Notes: generated by a model not told the origin, from the sequence alone. A stretch of 64,000 bases of DNA from Schmidtea nova (GCA_044892505.1 CM097882.1:555458001-555522000), one strand, 5' to 3'. Counted from the stretch's first letter, positions 52,601-61,938 are shown. Made by a program: numbers and translations.

Positions 52601-55600
52601 CCATTTTCTTCAAAATCTTTGAATGGTACTTGCTTAGCCATAGAAAACATGACTTTCAAGTTATATTTTTATTTTATTAATATTCTAATTATATGCAACG
52701 ATAATATTAATCAAATTATTTTTTAACAATCAAGTACTTATCCAATTAGTAATTTAGAATCAAATAATATACATTTCCATAGAAAAGAGATTGTTACCTA
52801 AAACTAAATTGGACCACTCTGGTCACTTCCATGTTTTCTAGGGTTAATTTATGTTTAAGTTTGCTTTGGAAATAATTTTGATATTTAAAAATATTTATCA
52901 TTTGCTTTTCTTATGATCTTAAGAAGGGTTGCCAGACGTCACGGTTTTCAAGTCAATGTCCCGGAGTCCCGAAAGAGGATTTTGAGACGCTCATTCGTCC
53001 CAGTTTAAATTTTTAAAATGAAATTTGAAAACGTCGCGCTTTTCTTTTACAATTTTAATTTCTTCATCGATGTTCTTTGCAGGGATATATTTTTTTGTTG
53101 GGTTTTATAAATAACACGTAAAAAATTTTGATTCAACGTTTGGCTGGGCATAATTGTAAAATTAGCGATGTCATGTGTTACTTTGTTGATTGAGATTAAT
53201 ATTTATGTACATTTTTTAGTTTTATAAATAAAACAATGTATGCGACTAGAAATAATTTAGTATACTTGTGTTGCTGCTTAATAATGATAATAAATTTTCA
53301 ATTACTGTGATTATAAAATATATAAATATAAAAATAATATTTCAAAATTGGTGCTTATTACAGGTAACCCTCGTTTAACGCAGTTTACTGGTTCCGTGTT
53401 ATCTAAAACCGGGTTAAATAAAACTAAAAATTTACACATAATAAGAAAATTATAATAAGAAAAGAAGTTAAAAATTTAATTATATTTTGAAAAAAATTAC
53501 AATGCTATACAAATCCGCGTTCTCAAAGTACCGCGTTAAACGAGGGTTACCTGCATAACATACATAAATAATTTAAATAGTTTTAAGTAGGGTTGCCAGA
53601 CGTCCCGGTTCATCGTGGTAAAAATCTGGCAATCCTATCTTAAAAAAGATACGAATTCTCGTACTTTTCAAATGAATGAGGTTCAAATTTATCGACTTTA
53701 CTTTCATTTTTATAATACAATATATTTGTGGATAATTTGAATTTATTGATCTATATATCGTCTCATGAGAAAAAGAAGAGAAAATAAATATTTTAAAATG
53801 TACATTTTATTTATATATTTTTTAACAAATAAATTATCAATTTACCCTTATTGATATTCGTTTGAGCTATGAGTACTAATTTTTGATTTTCCTTGAAAAT
53901 GACATTTGAGAATGGTTTGACGATTGATGGTTTTTGGAGAATTTCTTTCGGTTTAACTAAATTTCAAATACCATATAAACAATACCGTTCTCATAAAATT
54001 TAACTACCAGGCAGAACCGTTAGTCGACCTTTTGTGATGGCTGTTCCGAGAAAGTTCGTTGCTCGTACAGAAAATACTCCATTATCTCTTTCCAAAGTTT
54101 GCGGAATTTCGAGTGAAGCAATCAAATTAGATGTGACAATCTTGAAATTTTAATTACGGTTACTAGTTAGAGACAATTGGTATCATACTTTCATATTTGG
54201 AGAGGATACGATTTCTTGCTCATCTTTGTACCATTTGATGTCGGGTTTTGGATTGCCTGTAAATTCAACGCGAAATCTAATTTATTAAATGAATCAATTT
54301 TTGATAAAAATAAATTTATTTTTACATAGCTGGTTTGCCTTCATCGACTTTTGCTGATTGTAAAATGGCTTTAAAAAGAGGAGGTTTACCGTCAATAGAA
54401 GACGGTTTTGATTCAACACTTTCGGACCGTGACATTGAATTTGCTAAAAAGATAAAATTTAATAAAAATTCTTTTGAAATAGAATTTTTTCTCTTACATT
54501 GTTGACTTAACCGACGTTCCGGTTTGGCAACAACAATTAGACTTGTATCCGCTCTATCGGTTCCGTTGCAATTTTGAGCGATTACGTCAATTCTAGTGCT
54601 ATCATAGATTTTACAGTTTTTAATCGTCAAACTATGATGTAAATTGTTAGATTCGACAATGCATTTCTCGTAAAAAGGGTTTTCTTTTGCTAATTGTTTC
54701 CCAGCCAATAACCATGAAACTTGGGGAATGGGAAACCCGGTTAATTCCGCAGTGAAAATCGCAGTTCCTCCGGGTTCAATTTTACACGCAGTTGGACACT
54801 TGGTGAAACAAGGCATCGTTCCTTCAGCATTTTCAGGAATATTTACAGCTGATAAACTAAAAATTTCCATTTTAATTAAAATCGAACACTAGAAATATTG
54901 TTTGGTACTTTGTTGATTTCTTCTGCTTTGGAACTGCTTTCATCCACTCTGGAGGATTTATTGTGGACTCGATTTTCACTAAATGTTTTATTGTCAAATT
55001 TTTCAATTGTGAAATGCAAATAAAAATAGTTCAGAATCATTGACAAAAGAATTCGCTGACATTTTCCAAAGCATTTAATTAAACGGCAACCATTTCGGAA
55101 ATACCCTTTCCCTGACTCCAAAAATTCAATATTTAGAAAAAGAGGACTTTTGTAAAAAATTACAGAAATTTATAAAGGTAATGAATTTTGAAGAAATAAA
55201 TGAACATTAAAATTGGCACTTATAAAATTAAATAGAGTTTAGGTGTATGATTTCCCTAAGATCAACTGCTTTTAACCCATTAAGCGGTTTGATGCGTTGT
55301 ACTAAATGGTTTCGCTGGTGGCCACGTATATCAGGTTAATGTGTTGAAGAACAAAACTAGAATAAAATACACGTTATGTTTTCCAAATCATTAATAGCAA
55401 CGGCACATAAACAAGTTGAAGCTTGCAATGTGTACATCCCTTCTCTATTATTAGGAACGATAACGCGTATATATTCGACATAATTATTAAGAATACAAAG
55501 CAAATTCAAGCACTACACAATACAATAGGCCATGAAAAATACATGGTGCGGTCAAAATGTTTCCGGCCTACCCTACTTAATAAATTGATTTTTTAATGGA

Positions 55601-58600
55601 AATAGGTTTATTTTATTGGAAATTTATTGACAAGTTCATGTTAAAAATCTTATTGACCTAATCCATTTACTTTATCTGTTGCAGATGGAAATGTCGTTGC
55701 AAGTGCATTCGCTGGAAAAAATTGAGTATCGCAGTGCTATTCGCTTTTGTGTTCTTCTCAGCCAAACCAACCAGGAAATCATGGCAAATCTGAATCGAGC
55801 CTATGGTGAAAAGTGTCCCTCTCAGTCTACCATCAAGTTTTGGATTGCTGAATTCAAACGGGGTTGGCAAAGTGTGTCAGATGAGGAACGAGAGGGTCGA
55901 CCAACGACTTCGAGAAATGAAGATGTGAAGGAAAAATTGGAGAAAATGGTACTGGAAGATCGCCGTATAACTACCAGGAAGCTAGAAGAATCCCTACAAA
56001 TATCACACGGCACCGTAGTGAAATTATTGAAAGACCTTAACTTCAACAAGGTGGTGTCTCGCTTTGTGCCTCACTTTTTGACAACTGAGATGTGCAATAA
56101 CCGAAAGAATGCGTGTCTCATGAACCTCGCCATTTACCGCAAGTATGGAGAAAGATTTATCCAAAACATCCTCACTGTTGATGAGACACTGTTGCCCATA
56201 AATCAGTCTGGATCAAAGCGGGAGTCTATGGAATGGAGAAAGCCGTAAGAAGGAAAAGTTTGGAAGTCTCGTTCTTGAATGTCGCACAGACGAGAACTCA
56301 TGTTGACTGTGTTTTGGAGTCATAAGGGAGTGATCCTCACCGACTTTCTTGAGAAGGGACGGACAATCAGCGGAGAATATTACGGTAATCTCGTTGAACA
56401 AGCTCGTAGAAAGTGCCGAAAACCATATGGTCTCCTTCACTGGTTTCAACATGACACCAGCCGCATTGCCCAAGCAAAACTCAATGACTGTGGCTTCGAG
56501 ATCATTAGCCAATCTCCATACAGCCCTGATCTGGCTCCCTCAGATTACTGCCTATTTACGGAATTGAAGAAGCAACTGTGGGGACAGTATTTCATGGATG
56601 CAGGCAGGATGGGGCATTCGAAGCCCTCCCTGGTCGTTGGCAGAAGTTAGTCGATGCTGGAGATAATTGGTTCGAGAAGTAATGGTATTGGTGTTGATAA
56701 AAATATAGTTGTGGTTTCTTGCTTTTACTTTTTTCTGGGGTAGGCCGGAAACTTTTTGACCGCACCACGTCTATGCGACATTTTTTCAAAATTATCCCAG
56801 ACATTTTTGTAATGAGTTAGTTTTAAATGGGCTAAAACTAAAACAGTAAAAAATGTGTAACAGTAAAAATAAGAGGTTTCCTAGCGGGGCCTTGAAAGAA
56901 ATTTTATACAAGAAATAAAATTTTATTGAAAATTTATTTATTACGTTAGGAATATTAAGAAAACATTTAAATTAATAAAAATTAAATTAAAATTTCAAAT
57001 AAAAACTAAAAAAATCTTTATCATAAAAATATTGTCATAAGTCGAATCAGAAATCGTTGTTTTGGTTTTACTATATACATATATTAATATTACACTAGAA
57101 AAACTTTAATTAATATAATTAATTATGTTTTAAATTATTATAAAGTTATTTATGGAAATTTTTTTAAAAAACAAAAGATAAAAATAATTTATTAATAACA
57201 TTTTATTTAAAAACAGGAACGACACGGGGCCTTGTGCGGTCGCACGGTTTGCACCGGCATCCGGCAAGCCCTGGGTAAAGTATTTACATTAAAACATATT
57301 TTCTTATTTTATTTTTAATATATAAAATATAATATTATTTAAGTGTTAAAATTTTAAAATAACTAAATTTGTTATATTATTAACTAATAATATTATTTAA
57401 GCAACGACTTCCTAATTTCAAATTCATAAAAATCACGACAGCAGTGTGAAATATAGGCTGTTGAAAACTAAATTTACAAATATCAAACATTATGCCCAGT
57501 AAGCAAAAATGGAATTAATAGTAAGAAGAAAATTGTTTCCACGTAGTTAAGGAAGTTCTAATTTTTCAGTCAGAAATAATTAAATTAATTATTGATTTTC
57601 TTTCGAGAATTTAATTGAATTTTCTCGAGAATGGAAATCCTCGAGATTATAATTCCGTTGATTAACTCAAATTGAGATCAATCCACAATAAATTGTAAAT
57701 TAATCAAAATTTCAAGTTTCCATGAAGGTGTACTTGTGCACACTATCAACTTAAAATGGCTTTCTCGATAAAGTATAACCAAAATTGAACCTCTCAAAAC
57801 ATTACTATTAGAACGTAATGATAAATATAATGTCAATCCTCAGACTAATGTGGTTAATGGCTTGGTAGAGTTAAGAAACATTCCAGGCTAAAAAATAGTC
57901 GTGCAATTTCTTGAATCACTGCGATATCCGGGCTTGTGATTTGCAATTTTATCACCAACTATTTCTGATTACGTTACTGTTGTTTATAAAAACTACCCAC
58001 TGCTAGTAACCTCTTAACGCACCAATAAAAACTTAGAAAGTGGTAGTTTTTCTGCCGATTTTTTATTCTTTTTTTTTATTTTTACACACAAAAACATTAG
58101 CAATATCTGTAAAAAAAATTACCAAAATATCTCATTTGCAAAAAAAAGTTGACTAAACTTCGTATACTTTGCCGAACTGGGTTAACTCGGGTAACAAAGA
58201 AATCTTGGTAATATTCGGCTTAATTCATATGTGAAACCAGAGTTCAAACTTTCACGTATTAACAATCTCGTTTGAGTGAGATAAGAGGTAATGATAGGGG
58301 GTTGCTGGATTCTCATCTAAGAAATAGCAAACTTTTTTATGAAGGATAAGAAACATTGAAACTTAATAATTTAGAACAGGGCGAAAAACAGGCGAAAAAG
58401 GGATTTATAATTAAATTCATTTTAAATTGTATTTTAATGTCATTAAATTTTATAATGAAAGGGAACTCTTTAAAAATAAATTACTACTGCATTTGTTTGT
58501 CTTACAATATCTACCGCAACCAATTCAACCTTTGAGCGACTAATTCCATATACAGAAATTAAGTGGTCAAGGTCAATGAAACTAATAATATTAAAGAACG

Positions 58601-61282
58601 ACTACAATAAATCTAAATAGTATAAAAATGTTGACTAAAGAATGGACAAGTAGTAACTTATAGAATCAGGGGTCCCAATCGTAGGGGACCTTTGGTCTTT
58701 TAAAGGTTAAATAGATGAGGAAATGGAATCTTTTTACATCAAGATCATTGTGTTGTTGAAATATTCTTAGTTTTTCATAATAATAAATAAACTAACCTGC
58801 TTTAAAAGACAATCTTGCATTACAATTTATGCTTCCTGCAGGATTACTTGCAACGCATTGGTACCATCCTGAATCCGAACTTTCAGTATTTTCTATCGCC
58901 AAAGTACTCGAATAATCTTCATTGTCAATAATGAGTTTTTCATTTTCCTTGATTGTTCTAAATGCAAGTCTTAATTAACTTATGATAATGTTATGCATTT
59001 ACTTTCCATCTTTCTGCCATGCAAATGACACTGGCAAAGATCCTTCGACAACGCATAAAAATGTCACTGGAGTTCCTACTTGAACACATACTGTGCTTAA
59101 TCTTTTCAAAAATTTTAAGGGAGTTATTTTTTGAACTGGCGCCACCAATATTGTCGTTGAAAAAGAATCAGTACCAAGTTTATTTTGAGCAACACATTGA
59201 TATTGACCATTATCCTCTAATTCCAGTGGACAGAATACAAGAGAGTGGATACCATTTTCATTAATTACCGACTACATTTTATGTTAACAAATTTATACAT
59301 TTTTACAAATTAACTTACTTTGACACGAGAGTCATAAACCAAAGGATAACCGTCCTTGATCCAATTAACTTTCGGATATGGATAGCCATCTATTTTAAAA
59401 TCGAGTCTTGAGATATTTTTTTCAGTTGTTTCCACATTTGACAATGGAATTAATAAAAACTTTGCTGGTCTTTCTTTAACCTTTAATAATTATATTTATT
59501 TTNNNNNNNNNNNNNNNNNNNNNNNNNNNNNNNNNNNNNNNNNNNNNNNNNNNNNNNNNNNNNNNNNNNNNNNNNNNNNNNNNNNNNNNNNNNNNNNNNN
59601 NNNNNNNNNNNNNNNNNNNNNNNNNNNNNNNNNNNNNNNNNNNNNNNNNNNNNNNNNNNNNNNNNNNNNNNNNNNNNNNNNNNNNNNNNNNNNNNNNNNN
59701 NNNNNNNNNNNNNNNNNNNNNNNNNNNNNNNNNNNNNNNNNNNNNNNNNNNNNNNNNNNNNNNNNNNNNNNNNNNNNNNNNNNNNNNNNNNNNNNNNNNN
59801 NNNNNNNNNNNNNNNNNNNNNNNNNNNNNNNNNNNNNNNNNNNNNNNNNNNNNNNNNNNNNNNNNNNNNNNNNNNNNNNNNNNNNNNNNNNNNNNNNNNN
59901 NNNNNNNNNNNNNNNNNNNNNNNNNNNNNNNNNNNNNNNNNNNNNNNNNNNNNNNNNTTTTTCTGCATCACTTGAAACACTTGATCGAATACTTGATCTT
60001 TTCCTCTCAAACATGCTTTCCATTTCACTTATTACTGTTTTCTTTTCATCAACATTTTTTACAAAACTACCGTAAATAAAAAGTGAAATCTCATACGTTT
60101 ATAAAGACTTACATTTGACTCGTAGCAAATGTTTTCCCAATTGGATTCTGTGCCATTATTTTAAAAGTTCCAGTGTTTTCCCATCTACATGAAGATATGA
60201 TAAAGCACGTTTCTCCCGTTTTTTCGTTCCGATTCAGATAATAATTTTTATTGTCGATTATTATTTCTTTTTCTAAATTTGATGCATAATGACAATTAAT
60301 AAATATTTCATAACAATTTCGAAAAAAATTAATTTTTTCAAAGCATTTAATAAACAACTGAAGTAGGGGTAGTTTATTACCGTTTTGATAAATTTTAATT
60401 TCCGGCTTAGAATTTGGCTTTATGATGCAGCTTAACTTGGAAGGTTGATTGACAAACACATTGACATATTTTTCGGGAAACGTTTCGAAAATTGGCGCCA
60501 TTTGTTCGCCTTTCGTTTCTACAAATGAAAAGTTTTTTAGACTTTTCAGAGAAATATAAACCGTTACTGTCTGTTCCCACTGACAGTTTCGTAATGGATT
60601 CTATTCGGCCTGCTTTATTCTCCAACCGACAAGTAAATTTCCCAGCGTCATCTTTAAAGACTTCTGCAATCACCAATTGGCTGAATCCCAGTTTCGTAGT
60701 TATTTGATAGTCTGGGCAATTTTCCAGCTGCAATCCTTCCCTTAGCCAAACGGTGACTGGTTCCGGGTTTCCTTTGTATTCTACAGTGAAAACTGCCTTT
60801 TTGCCTTCTTTAATTTTCAATGGTTCTAATATCTAAAATGAAAGAATTTATTTATTATTTATTAATTATATTTATTTAATTTAATAATCAACTTTAATAA
60901 ATTCTGGTGGCTGTATTTTTTCTTTCTTCCTTTTCGGTGAAAATACTTTTGATGATTGAGGCAGTCTGTTCTCGAATTCTGGCATTAAGATGTCTACTTG
61001 GACGTCAGTTTTCTTCTTTTCTGTTACACTCGTTTGTTCTGATAGTTTATTTTCTATCAATTTATATTAAATCCGATATAATAATTCAAAATATATTTCC
61101 CCTTACCAGCAACGATCAAATTGCCCATCGTAAAAGCTTCGCCAGCCTTATTTTTAGCTGACACACAATATTTCCCTTGGTCCATCGGTTTAACATTCTC
61201 AATTAACAATGAGAATATATTATCATCTTCAACGACCAATTTGAAATTCGGCGAACTGCTAATAACTTGCCCATCTTTATAC
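4338..61282 (-). CDS. Giant multi-exon titin/twitchin-family muscle protein (Ig, Glu-rich repeats, Ig/FN3, degenerate FN3); partial at both ends
   Basis: Dozens of I-set Ig motifs (W..NG, D.G.Y.C.A.N..G) and FN3 motifs (L.W..P..DGG..I..Y, Y.FRV.A.N..G) on the minus strand. 39 exon pieces join through GT-AG introns with consistent phases where not interrupted by N gaps. First visible exon is 61107-61282; last visible exon ends at a GTAACG donor (4337), so the gene continues beyond both ends. Orthology not determined, so no symbol. Confidence 0.92.
9217..9600. mobile_element. Non-autonomous TIR element (MITE family A, hAT-like ends), copy 1
   Basis: Ends CAGCGCCG... and ...CTAGGTACGGGGCTG are degenerate inverted repeats. 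The interior aligns by eye with 26501-26938. No clear TSD. Confidence 0.6.
9826..11112 (+). mobile_element. Internally deleted piggyBac transposon (1,287 bp)
   Basis: TTAA target duplications at 9822-9825 and 11113-11116. 14-bp TIRs CCCGTTATAGCCCA / TGGGCGTTAACGGG (2 mismatches). Contains an acidic transposase N-terminus. Confidence 0.88.
10508..10969 (+). pseudogene. Truncated piggyBac transposase N-terminal region (153 aa)
   Basis: LTLQELEDII...DVIVVPTDPDALTDEDE acidic leader, typical of piggyBac transposases, ending at SPLEIFEEF. The DDD catalytic core is absent. Confidence 0.7.
11624..13792 (-). CDS. Titin-like exons 37-38 (Ig plus about 6 FN3): 13193-13792 (partial), 11624-13144
   Basis: ORFs 13167..14159 and 11619..13133 carry canonical FN3 motifs. 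48-nt intron at 13145-13192. Donor GTTAGT at 11623. Confidence 0.9.
15410..16766 (-). CDS. Titin-like exons 33-36: 16594-16766, 15925-16533, 15578-15871, 15410-15529
   Basis: Exon 32 to 33 join restores IW-MKND of an Ig domain, followed by Ig and FN3 domains. Exon 36 is non-Ig/FN3 sequence ending at a probable GTGAGT donor next to a gap. Confidence 0.8.
17573..17869. mobile_element. hAT-type MITE (297 bp)
   Basis: Perfect 14-bp TIRs CAGGGGTGCTCAAA / TTTGAGCACCCCTG. An 8-bp TSD is not recognisable. Confidence 0.75.
17905..18336. repeat. Foldback (nested inverted repeat) element
   Basis: 58-bp inner arms 18003-18060 and 18115-18172 (2 mismatches, 54-bp spacer) and perfect 14-bp outer arms 17905-17918 and 18323-18336. 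Confidence 0.8.
18912..24476 (-). CDS. Titin-like exons 26-32 (Ig/FN3 super-repeat region): 24119-24476 (partial), 23802-24071, 22533-23757 (partial), 21841-22116, 19741-21783, 19074-19691, 18912-19026
   Basis: Alternating Ig (IPFMAFPKPKISW, LPFKAWPIPKVNW) and FN3 (LNWKAPKYDGGSPILNYVVEK, YSFRVSAENKIG) domains as in twitchin/projectin/A-band titin. Introns of 44-57 nt. Gaps at 22133-22532 and 24477-24610. Confidence 0.88.
24633..24710 (+). repeat. Partial second copy of the foldback element at 18094-18172
   Basis: GTGCCGAAATATTGTGTAC...TTTGATCTATAGTCTTACCATTAT is shared with 18094-18150. Lies next to an N gap. Confidence 0.75.
25598..26360 (-). mobile_element. hAT (Buster/Charlie-like) transposase 3' remnant with terminal repeat
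   Basis: Minus-strand translation (with lesions) EEELIEIRNDRRLK...SFWILINQEYP...KAIKILLQFSTSYL...LVNIKSKKR...ELRVCLSN...QAQISH* (stop at 25752-25750) matches the hAT dimerisation region. hAT-like end CATTAGTTCTCAAC at 25598. The other boundary is uncertain. Confidence 0.75.
26501..26938. mobile_element. MITE family A, copy 2 (right end lost in N gap)
   Basis: Starts CAGCGCCGTAACTAG and ends ...CACCTGTCTAGT at the gap. About 220 bp aligns with 9370-9590. Confidence 0.65.
27313..28129 (-). CDS. Titin-like exons 24-25 (Ig domains and acidic linkers): 27964-28129, 27313-27915
   Basis: Exon 24 completes the Ig begun in exon 23 (EDSGNYMCKAS). Exon 25 has EVFPEDEGHYCCKIEN. Introns of 51 and 48 nt. 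Confidence 0.85.
28181..38819 (-). CDS. Titin-like exon 23: giant 10,639-nt exon with Ig domains at the start, about 3,200 aa of Glu-rich repeats, and the start of an Ig at the end
   Basis: ORF 28130..38818 (3,562 aa, no stops). Acceptor TTTTTCAG (38821-38820) and donor GT (28180). Phase 2 in and phase 0 out, matching neighbouring exons. Confidence 0.92.
28780..35560 (-). repeat. Coding tandem repeat array, ~558 nt (186 aa) unit, about 12 copies
   Basis: Anchor motif ES.E.SFEIEMELSD.EN..V.A.FK recurs near 35040, 34480, 33925, 33380 (degenerate), 32845, 32290, 31735, 31005, 30460, 29900, 29420 and 28805. DEHEAET anchors at 35469, 34911, 34353 and 33798 are 558, 558 and 555 nt apart. Confidence 0.9.
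38834..38939 (+). repeat. 5' LTR (106 bp)
   Basis: Matches 42274-42376 with 5 substitutions and one 3-bp indel. Confidence 0.92.
38942..38953 (+). promoter_or_regulatory. Putative non-canonical primer-binding site complementary to tRNA-Lys(UUU) nt 1-12
   Basis: AGCTATCCGGGC starts 2 nt after the 5' LTR and ends immediately before the gag ATG. Its reverse complement GCCCGGATAGCT is the 5' end of metazoan tRNA-Lys(UUU), recalled from human/Drosophila sequences; the host tRNA was not checked. Confidence 0.6.
38954..42230 (+). pseudogene. gag-pol pseudogene of the Gypsy element
   Basis: Gag CCHC knuckle CFICNENHFARNC (39458-39496), protease LIDSG (DSG 39671-39679), RT LDLSDAY and YIDD (40529-40540), RNase H WCDAS, integrase LAIDV...ILLDN...GNGIIERNHKTIK. 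Many stops and frameshifts. Confidence 0.88.
42274..42376 (+). repeat. 3' LTR (103 bp)
   Basis: Direct repeat of 38834-38939, preceded by the polypurine tract. Confidence 0.92.
43577..43875. mobile_element. hAT-type MITE (299 bp)
   Basis: Perfect 8-bp TSD CATTAGAG (43569-43576 and 43876-43883). Right end TTGGGAAGCACTG; left end degenerate (...CCCAACCTGTGGTCC). Confidence 0.75.
44153..46708 (-). CDS. Titin-like exon 22: about 7 tandem Ig domains plus acidic linker (2,556 nt)
   Basis: Part of ORF 44149..46812. Acceptor CTTTTAG (AG at 46710-46709) and donor GTAAGT (44152). Phases match exons 21 and 23. Confidence 0.9.
46869..47364. mobile_element. piggyBac-like MITE (496 bp)
   Basis: TIRs CCCTCAATTAG / CTAATTGAGGG. 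TTAA on the left and TTTA(A) on the right. No ORF. Confidence 0.6.
48477..50958 (-). CDS. Titin-like exons 16-21 (Ig domains): 50603-50958, 50423-50552, 50245-50373, 48830-49197, 48653-48782, 48477-48600
   Basis: Ig motifs PRFVRELEKSIQVKEGDSVKLLAEVDGYPTPVVEWYKNG and DAGTYTIKAINSVG; phase-consistent GT-AG joins. Confidence 0.85.
49584..49648. repeat. (AT)n microsatellite, about 32 units
   Basis: Direct reading. Confidence 0.95.
49670..49930 (-). pseudogene. Tc1-family transposase fragment
   Basis: Minus-strand translation ...PTVKH...ARGCFSCKGISELRILEVGQSMNSEWYCSVL resembles the Tc1 PTVKH...WGCFS..G.G.L...MN...Y..IL segment. Confidence 0.6.
51307..51766. mobile_element. Degenerate hAT-type MITE
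   Basis: Ends CAGTGATAAGCAACC and GGTTGCTCATAAATG are imperfect inverted repeats, with a GGCCGCGG subterminal motif. TSD match is poor. Confidence 0.45.
52924..53637. mobile_element. hAT-type MITE with (T)AGGGTTGCCAGA ends and a duplicated left end
   Basis: AGGGTTGCCAGACGTC at 52925 and 53589; right end TCTGGCAATCCTA at 53625-53637. Both flanks contain TCTTAA. Confidence 0.6.
53361..53553. mobile_element. Tc1/mariner (pogo/Tigger-like) MITE (193 bp) nested in the previous element
   Basis: Perfect 21-bp TIRs CAGGTAACCCTCGTTTAACGC. TA on the left and CA on the right. Confidence 0.8.
53846..54978 (-). CDS. Titin-like exons 10-15 (Ig domains): 54909-54978, 54498-54856, 54326-54443, 54189-54276, 54008-54140, 53846-53956
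   Basis: Spliced translation includes GKPPLFKAILQSAKVDEGKPAIFRVEFTGNPKPDIKWYKD...DNGVFSVRATNFLG. Introns of 48-54 nt with consistent phases. Confidence 0.8.
55542..56769 (+). mobile_element. mariner transposon (1,228 bp) with degraded transposase, possibly irritans-like
   Basis: 32-bp TIRs (55542-55573 and 56738-56769, 2 mismatches), TA on the left. Transposase motifs EKIEYRSAIRF, TIKFWIAEFKRG, ILTVDET, FQHD and YSPDLAPSDY, with stops and deletions. Confidence 0.92.
58797..61282 (-). CDS. Titin-like exons 1-9 (Ig domains): 61107-61282, 60893-61038, 60568-60832, 60381-60518, 60113-60272, 59958-60066 (runs into gap), 59319-59480, 59003-59271, 58797-58957
   Basis: Spliced translation gives Ig domains, e.g. 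ILEPLKIKEGKKAVFTVEYKGNPEPVTVWLREG...DAGKFTCRLENKAG and DSGWYQCVASNPAG. AG/GT sites and phases checked by hand. Confidence 0.8.
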
Positions 61283-61480
61283 CTATAACACAAGAATATC
61301 GAATAAGTTTCAATGACAAATATCACAAGCATTCAAAAGGGTCCCTTGAAAGGCTTGGTACGACAAGTAGCATTTAAAAGAAATTCATATGTTTGAGAAG
61401 CGTTAATGGTTTGTTAAAAAGGAGTTTAAGTTAATTTCCCAGTATTCTAAGAAAACCTGCAACTAAATATACATTATATC

Positions 61481-61938
61481 CAGGGCTTAGGGGAACCAGA
61501 AAAATTGAGGCGCTTTACAATTAATATCATTCGTTCATCGGACTTCCGCCCCTGAGCCGTTCAGGCGTTAAAGAAACTAAAAATTCACAATTCGTTTATT
61601 TACCGGTCGAATTTCGAGTTTTCTTTACTTTCGAAGAGGGCTGCACTGAATGTACATGTCGTTCGCTGTGACGATACCGTCGTCATCCATTTATGTATTA
61701 TTAAGTATGTTAATGAAGTATTGATGCTTAAAAAGAGTTAATGAAAATTATTGTAAAAACTTCCTTTTTTCGTACAATTTAAATACCTTTTTGTTAACTC
61801 AATTTTTTTAAATTAAATTAATTTATATTTGTCTTCTTATGTTTGGCTATGCATGTCCATATGCAAGTATACGTATTGATAAGGGGCGCATGAATTTTCC
61901 TTTGCCTAGGGGCGCCAGGTACCCTTGCACCGGCCCTG
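61481..61938. mobile_element. hAT-like MITE (458 bp)
   Basis: Ends CAGGGC...GGCCCTG with a GC-rich subterminal GGGGCGCC. Flanks ATTATATC / GTTCTATC look like an 8-bp TSD with 2 mismatches. Confidence 0.5.

Noticed and set aside
54979-55121. Upstream part of ORF 54876..55121 as an extra exon
   Set aside because: Only 54909-54978, in a different frame, is phase-compatible with exons 9 and 11; the rest has no domain signal.
56880-57273. GC-rich right end (...CCGGCAAGCCCTG) of a possible hAT-like MITE
   Set aside because: No matching left end or TSD could be located.
57715-57960. Weak resemblance to hAT/Buster HT..RWLSRG region (VLVHTINLKWLSR)
   Set aside because: Single short motif with no supporting flanking similarity or termini.
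13741-60028. ORFs in the track consisting mostly of X
   Set aside because: Artefacts of translating through N gaps.
4338-61282. Assigning a gene symbol (unc-22, bt, sls, ttn-1, TTN)
   Set aside because: No kinase or termini are visible and the domain mix does not match one named gene; orthology needs phylogeny.
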